Part shown: positions 58,383 to 64,000 of the stretch, in pieces
How the letters are laid out: the number at the start of each line of letters is the position of its first letter
Numbering within the stretch: position 1 is the stretch's first letter
From: a virus
IMG/VR virus record: IMGVR_UViG_3300032268_001078
Span: 115,716-179,715 of that record
Length of the DNA stretch: 64,000 bases
Reading direction: 5' to 3' (one strand)
Position numbers and translations under genes: made by a program
Notes under the pieces: generated by a model
Told to the model about the DNA's origin: nothing
Database searches by the model: none
What the model saw: the letters and a program-made list of their open reading frames with translations, nothing else

Positions 58383-58706
58383 AAACGAGGCACCTTTTCA
58401 GAAGAAGAGATTTTAGAGCCCTAGATTATAAACAAGGCAACCTAGTGATTTTTTCGGGCCAGTATGTTAAACGAGGCAACCCACCACTTTTTGGTGGCCC
58501 TAGATTATAAACAAGGCAACCTAGTGATTTTTAGGTGCTCAAGCCTTTAAACGAGGCAAGAGTTTTTCACACATGTACTTTGTGTAATGAATTATAATAA
58601 AAATATTAATTAGGGAATAAAATAAAAAACGAGGCAATTAAAATTTAATCACCACAATTCACATTAATGAATTAGGAATTGGAATCGAAAATTAAGGAAT
58701 CAGGAA

Positions 58707-58955
58707 TCAGTCTTGATTTCCTTCACCATACGGATCTGAAAAATATTCTATGTCGTCAAATCGATTGATTGATTCTAATATTTCACTCAATTGATCAATT
58801 GCAACGTTTAAAGGCTCAGCTACCTCATCTTCTATTTCTTGAGCCAAGTCACTTGAAGACGGTGCAACATTGTCTACTTGATTGATTAATTCAACTTGCA
58901 GTGCTTCTAAGTCGGTCAAGATGTCTTTTAGTGTGTCAAAAATTTCTTGTGTCAT
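58707..58955 (-). CDS. Small acidic helical protein (start reassigned to ATG 58955)
   Basis: MTQEIFDTLKDILTDLEAL...; promoter-like TTTTATTAT motif just upstream. Confidence 0.6.
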   Translation of the reverse strand: MTQEIFDTLKDILTDLEALQVELINQVDNVAPSSSDLAQEIEDEVAEPLNVAIDQLSEILESINRFDDIEYFSDPYGEGNQD

Positions 58956-59021
58956 ATTGATAATTATTATAATAAAAAGTTTTAAACGGGCCCTCTTTAA
59001 ACGAGGCAACTTATTAGATAT

Positions 59022-59045
59022 AAAAAAAGGGGGCATTTAGCCCCC
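59022..59045 (-). terminator. Intrinsic terminator
   Basis: GGGGGC/GCCCCC stem, 5-nt loop, U7 tract. Confidence 0.85.
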
Positions 59046-59050
59046 TATCA

Positions 59051-59401
59051 TTATGCTTCAACTTGTTCTTCTACTTTAATCATTTTAGGTCTTCCTAGTT
59101 TATAAGTACCATTTGCTTTCATTTCAGCTATTCTATTTAATTTAATTTGACGAGCTGATGTCTCACTTACAGGTCTACCTAATTGTAATGTACCTTTTAA
59201 AGCTAATCTTTGTTGACGATTTGAATTTTCACTTACAGGTCTTCCTCTTTGAATAATAACACCTGATGCTTTACGTTCTTCTTGTTGTTTTAAACGTAGT
59301 TGACGAGGTGAGTTAGGGTTAACTGGACGACCTTTTTGTTTAACTGCTTCTAATTTAACTTCGTTTACTGTGATTTCTTGGTTTTTAATTTTCTTTGTCA
59401 T
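59051..59401 (-). CDS. AT-hook-like (GRP repeat) basic DNA-binding protein, paralog 1
   Basis: Three GRPVxxxSxRQ units plus a terminal LGRPK. Confidence 0.65.
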   Translation of the reverse strand: MTKKIKNQEITVNEVKLEAVKQKGRPVNPNSPRQLRLKQQEERKASGVIIQRGRPVSENSNRQQRLALKGTLQLGRPVSETSARQIKLNRIAEMKANGTYKLGRPKMIKVEEQVEA

Positions 59402-59474
59402 AACTTTTGTTTTTTGTTTTTATGTTTATTTATTTTTTATACTTATTACACAATTTATTTTATCAAATCCCCTC

Positions 59475-59666
59475 TTATATTTCAAACTTAGTTAAAAGTC
59501 CATCTATATAACAATACACACCCTCCCAACTCTTAATTTCAGTTCCAACTACATAATCATATACTTGTTCAATAAACATTACTCGTTTATCATCTTGTAA
59601 ATCAAAATCATCAGCTAAATGATCTAATTCAAACTTTAAATTATCTATATTTACTTCATTTTTCAT
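59475..59666 (-). CDS. Small acidic hypothetical protein
   Basis: 63-aa ORF directly behind an early-type promoter. Confidence 0.6.
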   Translation of the reverse strand: MKNEVNIDNLKFELDHLADDFDLQDDKRVMFIEQVYDYVVGTEIKSWEGVYCYIDGLLTKFEI

Positions 59667-59826
59667 ACCTATTACACAAACAATTTTATAAAATTCCCCT
59701 TTATATGTGAAAACTAGATTAGTAAACGAGGCACCTTTAGTGTCTCTAAAGCCTAGATCTCAGAAACGAGGCAACCTGGAGAGAGTCTAGAGCTGCTAAA
59801 CGAAGCAAGGCAACTTAACAAATAAA

Positions 59827-59854
59827 CAAAAAAAGGGGAATTAAATCCCCCTTT
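59827..59854 (-). terminator. Intrinsic terminator
   Basis: GGGGA/TCCCC stem followed by a U-tract. Confidence 0.7.
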
Positions 59855-59856
59855 AA

Positions 59857-60114
59857 TCATAACTGAGATAAAACTTGATAATTATGATAACAATCATCAA
59901 CTTCATTTATAAAAACATAATAAATACAGTTTTTAATTTTATAAGATTGATCATTAGTATCTATTAATTTATCAACACTAAGTTTTTTACCTCTTGTTGT
60001 TCTAACTTTTTTATTAATAATTCTTTGAACATCAGATTCACTAATGTAAAATACATTATCAATAATTAATAAATCACACATTACATCTTTAATTGATAGT
60101 TTTATTTTTTTCAT
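59857..60114 (-). CDS. Small hypothetical protein (start reassigned to ATG 60114)
   Basis: MKKIKLSIKD...; the longer ORF-track start runs through the promoter and repeat boxes. Confidence 0.6.
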   Translation of the reverse strand: MKKIKLSIKDVMCDLLIIDNVFYISESDVQRIINKKVRTTRGKKLSVDKLIDTNDQSYKIKNCIYYVFINEVDDCYHNYQVLSQL

Positions 60115-60554
60115 AACTTTTATTTTTATACTTATTACACAAATAATTTTATAAAAAACCCTTTTGCTTTTCAGATCCAGATCTCGAAACGAGGCAACCA
60201 GTCCATACAATAAACGAGGCAAGTGTTCCCATCCCTCTAAACGAAGCAAGGCAACTTTAATTATTACATTACACTAACAGGAATCAACAGGAATCGGGAA
60301 TCAACAGGAATCGAATTTAAAGCCAATGAAAGCCCGAACACAATCAAGTGTCGAGCAATTAAATATGCTATCATCTGCCTAATGCATCAAGCTAATACGG
60401 TTAGAACGTCAATCAATGTAATTACTATTCGAGTTACAACCCTGTGGCGCCGTCTTCATTACATCAATAAATATGTAAGCCAGACAAAAAAACGAGGCAA
60501 CTTTAAACTCTAGACCAGAGCCTTAAACGAAGCAAGGCAACATTTAACTACAGT

Positions 60555-60580
60555 AAAAAAAACCACACTTTCGTGTGGTT
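60555..60580 (-). terminator. Intrinsic terminator
   Basis: AACCACAC-GAAA-GTGTGGTT perfect 8-bp stem with GNRA loop, then a U-tract. Confidence 0.85.
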
Positions 60581-60641
60581 CTCGTTTGTGATTTGTTATT
60601 ATTTCTTGTTGTTAATATACTTATGTGAAATGTAAGGGATA

Positions 60642-61031
60642 TTAATTATCCCCCACACTTTCTTCATTCATTTGTTTTCTTAATTCACGTTGTTGTAATA
60701 CTTGTTGTCTAACTGAATTAACGTTAACAGGTCTTCCTAATTTAACTTTACCCCTTTTACTTAACATTTCTTGTCTTTTACTAGTTTCATTTACAGGTCT
60801 TCCACGTTTAATTTCAATACCCTGTTCTTTTAATTCATTAATATGATTTAATTTAGCTTGTCTTGATGAATTAGGGTTTACGGGACGACCCTTTTTCATT
60901 TCAATTCCACTTTGTTTTTTCAACTCTTGTTCTTGTAAACGTAGTTGACGAGGTGAGTTAGGGTTAACTGGACGACCTTTTTGTTTTACTTCGATCATAA
61001 CTGGTTGGTTTTTAATGTTTTTGTTTTTCAT
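60642..61031 (-). CDS. AT-hook-like (GRP repeat) basic DNA-binding protein, paralog 2
   Basis: Four GRPVNxxSxRQ units; about 50 bp identical to paralog 1 (about 60937-60985 vs 59292-59340). Confidence 0.65.
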   Translation of the reverse strand: MKNKNIKNQPVMIEVKQKGRPVNPNSPRQLRLQEQELKKQSGIEMKKGRPVNPNSSRQAKLNHINELKEQGIEIKRGRPVNETSKRQEMLSKRGKVKLGRPVNVNSVRQQVLQQRELRKQMNEESVGDN

Positions 61032-61307
61032 AATTTTTATTTTTTATATTTATTTAATTTTTATACTTATTACACAATTTACTTTTTAAAACACCCTTTT
61101 TTATTTAAAATATTTTTTATTTAATATAATAATTTTATTTAAATGTTTTAATATCATAATTTATATGATTATTACACAATAACTTACTTAAATTACCCCT
61201 TCTTTCATTTAGTAAACAAGGCAACTTTTCACACACGTTAAACGAGGCAACTTTTCACTTACTAAACGAGGCAAGTTTTCACAATTAAAACAAAAACTAA
61301 ACAAGGC

Positions 61308-61501
61308 AAGGAATCGACCCACCAACTATTTTAAACTAATTTATGACTAAATAAGGAATCGACCCAACGATTTACTTAAACTGACTTACAACAAGGTAAG
61401 GAATCGACCTGGCTAATTTGTTAATACTAAATCACTTATAATTAAGGAATCGACCCAACGATTTACTTAAATTAAATCATAACACAAACAGGGAATCGAC
61501 C
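61308..61501 (+). repeat. Regularly interspaced array: five 12-bp A(A/G)GGAATCGACC repeats at a 45/45/46/46-bp period
   Basis: Repeats at 61308, 61353, 61398, 61444 and 61490; 33-34 nt AT-rich intervals. Confidence 0.95.
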
Positions 61502-61514
61502 TGTATATACTTTT

Positions 61515-61540
61515 GGGACTGGGGAGGAAAGGGGACAGGG
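61515..61540 (+). other. Canonical G-quadruplex motif
   Basis: GGG-ACT-GGGG-AGGAAA-GGGG-ACA-GGG. Confidence 0.7.
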
Positions 61541-61621
61541 TGTGACACAACAAATTGCCTGAAACACAATCCTATTACACCCGTTCATCACATATTGTTT
61601 ACATACTAATCCATATATACT

Positions 61622-61654
61622 AAAGAAAGACCACCGATTTAACGATGGTCTTCT
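61622..61654 (-). terminator. Probable intrinsic terminator
   Basis: AGACCAUCG/CGGUGGUCU stem followed by UUCUUU. Confidence 0.7.
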
Positions 61655-61874
61655 ACATTTGATGTTATGTTGTGTAGGTTTTATTTTACTCGCTATTCAC
61701 CAACGAATTTTACTTAAAAATCAATATAATCAATTGCCATTTCACCTATTCCTACATTGTCTTTAGTTATTTCATAATTTAAATCCATTCCAAACATCAT
61801 AACATCGTCAATTAGTTCATTTAATGAATTAAATTGTTTTGTGTAGTACTTACAGTCTAATGAATACATATTAT

Positions 61875-62240
61875 TTATTTGTTACTTTCTTTTACTATTT
61901 CAATTAATTTTTTAAGACAAACAAGTTCAGCTTCTTCGTAGGTTTCATAACAATCTCCATTATTATAAAATTCTATAAATTGAACGACAGGAATGTACCC
62001 ACGATTGTACCCTAACATTCTATCAAAATCAGAATGTATTTCAGATATAATACCTTTATGTCTAAACCATCTAAATGCTTGTGAGTAGGTTGGTGCTAAT
62101 ATGGTATCATCAGTGCTTGATAAGTTACTAAACGTTCCTTTTCTTAACTTTTTAAAAGAATAAACAGTAAAACATTCATCGTCAAATCCAAGTTGCTTTA
62201 ACTCTAAAGCAAGTTCATAGGGTACAAATTCTTTATTCAT
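61875..62240 (-). CDS. Hypothetical protein of a type typical of Bacteroidota phages
   Basis: FVPYELALELKQLGFD...APTYSQAFRWFR...TYEEAE...LKKLIEI. Confidence 0.7.
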   Translation of the reverse strand: MNKEFVPYELALELKQLGFDDECFTVYSFKKLRKGTFSNLSSTDDTILAPTYSQAFRWFRHKGIISEIHSDFDRMLGYNRGYIPVVQFIEFYNNGDCYETYEEAELVCLKKLIEIVKESNK

Positions 62241-62445
62241 TTACTTGTTTACTAACATATTTCTTCAAGCATTCTTCACATCCTGCTACATTAATGCCTT
62301 CGATTCTAACGTGATTAGTACTTAATGCTGGTGTGCCACACAAATTGCCTTCGCCTTGTTTGTAAATGTGAGCCGTGTTGTTCCATACATTGCCTTTGTT
62401 TCCAAACAATGAATAACCTTTTTCTAAATCTGTAATGTGTATCAT
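62233..62445 (-). CDS. Small hypothetical protein (possible Zn-binding)
   Basis: AHI...LCG...CEEC; follows an early-type promoter. Confidence 0.6.
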   Translation of the reverse strand: MIHITDLEKGYSLFGNKGNVWNNTAHIYKQGEGNLCGTPALSTNHVRIEGINVAGCEECLKKYVSKQVNE

Positions 62446-62488
62446 ATTATTTTTTATTTTATCTTTTATACTTATTACACAAAATTTT

Positions 62489-62758
62489 TTACAAAATCCC
62501 CTCTTCTTTTACAATACAATCTTCTAAACCTGCTTCTTTTAGTTGGAATTCTAATTCTAGTGTTTTCATATCATAAAATGATTTATCGGCAAACCACTTA
62601 CTAACTACTCCTACTAATAAGTGTTTATAGTATTTAGTTGGTAAATCGTCGTCTAAATTATTTATTACTAGTCCTTTAAATAAAACTCTGTTGTCATCTT
62701 GATTACTTTCCCACATTTGTTTTAATGTGAGATACATATCTTTGTCTAAATTTATCAT
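62489..62758 (-). CDS. Hypothetical protein (start probably ATG 62758)
   Basis: ATG lies 2 nt after the stop of the upstream gene. Confidence 0.55.
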   Translation of the reverse strand: MINLDKDMYLTLKQMWESNQDDNRVLFKGLVINNLDDDLPTKYYKHLLVGVVSKWFADKSFYDMKTLELEFQLKEAGLEDCIVKEEGIL

Positions 62759-62759
62759 A

Positions 62760-63005
62760 TTATTTAAACATTTCCATGTTCTCAAGTGTTTCTTTCAATT
62801 CTTCAATTTGTGATTTTAATGTTTCAACTTGTGATTCTAAGGTTTCAATTAGTGATTCTAAACTGTCAATTTCATCAGTATATTTCTCTTCACAGTCTTC
62901 ACATAATTCTACTTCTAAAAATATTCCTCTGTTGTTGATATCAACATCGGTGTTTAGTTCTTTACCACAATTATCACAACTTACATTAATATCAATTGAT
63001 TCCAT
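62760..63005 (-). CDS. Zn-ribbon + coiled-coil small protein
   Basis: CDNC...CEDC followed by a heptad repeat LESLIETLESQVETLKSQIEEL. Confidence 0.65.
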   Translation of the reverse strand: MESIDINVSCDNCGKELNTDVDINNRGIFLEVELCEDCEEKYTDEIDSLESLIETLESQVETLKSQIEELKETLENMEMFK

Positions 63006-63006
63006 A

Positions 63007-63198
63007 TTATTTATTTTTAGACATTAAAAATGCTACTATTAATACAATTGGTAATACTATACCTGTTAATGGACTAATTGCTAAGAAAAATACTCCATCC
63101 CATATGTATTTCTTATTGTGTTCCATAATACCTACATATATTAGGAATAAACTTAATGCTATTCCAATAATACTACTTATTGTCCAAAATGCTAACAT
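63007..63198 (-). CDS. Small two-TM membrane protein
   Basis: Two hydrophobic segments. Confidence 0.6.
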   Translation of the reverse strand: MLAFWTISSIIGIALSLFLIYVGIMEHNKKYIWDGVFFLAISPLTGIVLPIVLIVAFLMSKNK

Positions 63199-63201
63199 AT
63201 T

Positions 63202-63384
63202 TTACTTATGCCAAATCGTCATACATAAAGTACCTGTCCACCAACCAATCATACAACTTCCAACTAACATTCTAACTATGTTTACTACTGGACCAAATTG
63301 TGGTAATAGTGAGATTAGGAATACTAATGTTATTAGTGTGATTAACGCGATTTTTACTGATTTTATTTTTATTAAGTTTTTCAT
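63202..63384 (-). CDS. Small two-TM membrane protein
   Basis: Two hydrophobic segments. Confidence 0.6.
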   Translation of the reverse strand: MKNLIKIKSVKIALITLITLVFLISLLPQFGPVVNIVRMLVGSCMIGWWTGTLCMTIWHK

Positions 63385-63390
63385 ATATTA

Positions 63391-63618
63391 TTAGTCTAAA
63401 TCTCTACCTCCATTATTGTTTGGTCCAATTAATTCTTCTTCTTTCTCACCTTCTTTTATTGATTTGTAAATGACATAATAAATAGTCATTAATACTACAA
63501 TTCCTAAAATACTAAATGTTACTTTAGGAAACATAGTTGCAAGATATGCTAAAGCAAGTATAGTTAAAATAAATGCTATTGTTTTTAAATGTGTTATCAT
63601 ATTATTTTTATTAGTCAA
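63391..63618 (-). CDS. Small two-TM membrane protein (start may be ATG 63600)
   Basis: Two hydrophobic segments and a charged tail. Confidence 0.6.
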   Translation of the reverse strand: MTNKNNMITHLKTIAFILTILALAYLATMFPKVTFSILGIVVLMTIYYVIYKSIKEGEKEEELIGPNNNGGRDLD

Positions 63619-63871
63619 CTTTAATTACTGATTCGTTTTTAGTTGTTTTACCTTCTTGTACATTATAGTTTAACACTGTAGGCATTTTATCTGCTGTGTC
63701 TTTTGGATACATTATCCAAATAGAATTTGCACCATCTGCAGGTACAATCTTTACAAGTTTATAAACCTTATTGTTTATTTCAATAAAATCTTGAGGTTCG
63801 TAATATATTTCACCTCGTTTGCTACATGAAGCTAATGCTACAATGCTTAGTACTAATATAATTTTTTTCAT
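63611..63871 (-). CDS. Predicted lipoprotein
   Basis: MKKIILVLSIVALAS-C signal peptide with lipobox; first gene behind an early-type promoter. Confidence 0.75.
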   Translation of the reverse strand: MKKIILVLSIVALASCSKRGEIYYEPQDFIEINNKVYKLVKIVPADGANSIWIMYPKDTADKMPTVLNYNVQEGKTTKNESVIKVD

Positions 63872-63930
63872 AACTTATTTTCTTATACTTATTACACAAA
63901 GAGGAGATTAAAAATCCCCTCTTATTTTTA

Positions 63931-64000
63931 TTATTTTAAATTATAACGTGTTGTGTCTATTGTTACTACCATAGTATCACCATACCATGTTTGGTGTTCA
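63931..64000 (-). CDS. 3' end of a gene starting outside the window
   Basis: Open frame ...EHQTWYGDTMVVTIDTTRYNLK*, followed by hairpin GAGGGGATT/AATCTCCTC (63901-63921). Confidence 0.45.
   Translation of the reverse strand, partial: EHQTWYGDTMVVTIDTTRYNLK

Larger units (their letters stand above)
58383..61310 (+). repeat. Dispersed co-oriented AAAC(G/A)AGGCA boxes (16 copies plus 3 AAACGAAGCAAGGCAA variants)
   Basis: Starts at 58383, 58430, 58469, 58509, 58549, 58627, 58999, 59724, 59764, 60187, 60212, 60490, 61214, 61240, 61264, 61299; variants at 59798, 60239, 60525. Confidence 0.95.
59442..63919 (-). promoter_or_regulatory. Early-type promoter family GGG-N(about 16-20)-TGTGTAATA(A/G)(G/T), 7 copies
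   Basis: Plus-strand TATTACACA cores near 59444, 59670, 60133, 61068, 61170, 62473 and 63890, each with CCC(C) about 15-20 nt to the right; six lie directly upstream of a small gene. Confidence 0.8.

Noticed and set aside
61308-61501. Canonical CRISPR array
   Set aside because: The repeat is only 12 bp and non-palindromic, two intervals share 16 nt, and there is no cas1/cas2 or effector gene. Kept only as an unexplained periodic array.
57938-61870. tRNA or rRNA genes in the GC-richer non-coding stretches
   Set aside because: No cloverleaf with T-loop (GTTCRA) and matching acceptor stem could be identified by eye; a tRNAscan-SE run would settle it.
10247-63394. Other short ORF-track entries overlapping long genes or on the plus strand (e.g. 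10247, 10395, 11308, 11330, 13986, 17357, 19012, 27160, 28540, 29183, 33282, 42286, 48668, 48939, 52485, 53835, 55514, 55827, 62776, 62996)
   Set aside because: They overlap better-supported minus-strand genes or structured intergenic DNA, have low-complexity F/L/I/S composition and show no recognisable motifs.
1-64000. Stop-codon reassignment (genetic code 4 or 15), as seen in some large phages
   Set aside because: Core genes are full length under code 11; TAG (2645) and TGA (13061, 29823, 33046) end genes at sensible positions.

Overview
AT-rich window from a large T4-like myovirus (probably a jumbo phage). A Bacteroidota host is inferred from the absence of Shine-Dalgarno motifs, the lipoprotein style and typical hypothetical proteins. 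Essentially all credible genes are on the minus strand. In transcription order (right to left): (1) 64.0-57.9 kb, small early-type genes in promoter-gene-terminator cassettes, interleaved with repeat-rich non-coding DNA (19 AAAC(G/A)AGGCA-type boxes, GGAATC boxes, a 45-46 bp periodic array, twin 16-bp palindromes, a G-quadruplex motif, two AT-hook-like paralogs); (2) 57.9-49.7 kb, putative capsid-internal proteins including modular polyproteins, plus HD protein, thioredoxin-like protein and gp55-like sigma factor; (3) 49.7-34.4 kb, baseplate/tail genes; (4) 34.4-17.5 kb, primase, Cas4-like nuclease, an 809-aa multi-enzyme fusion, more internal proteins, tail fibre, heptosyltransferase-like protein, phosphoesterase, FAD oxidoreductase, GIY-YIG endonuclease; (5) 17.5-0 kb, terminase, portal, protease, scaffold, major capsid, HNH, PhoH, neck genes and a tail fibre cut off by the window edge. 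Best candidates for novelty: a capsid-cargo system in which (L/I/V)xE protease-type sites separate shuffled protein modules and enzyme domains, and the repeat/palindrome control region at 57.9-61.6 kb. All functional calls come from motif recognition by eye; no database searches were run.
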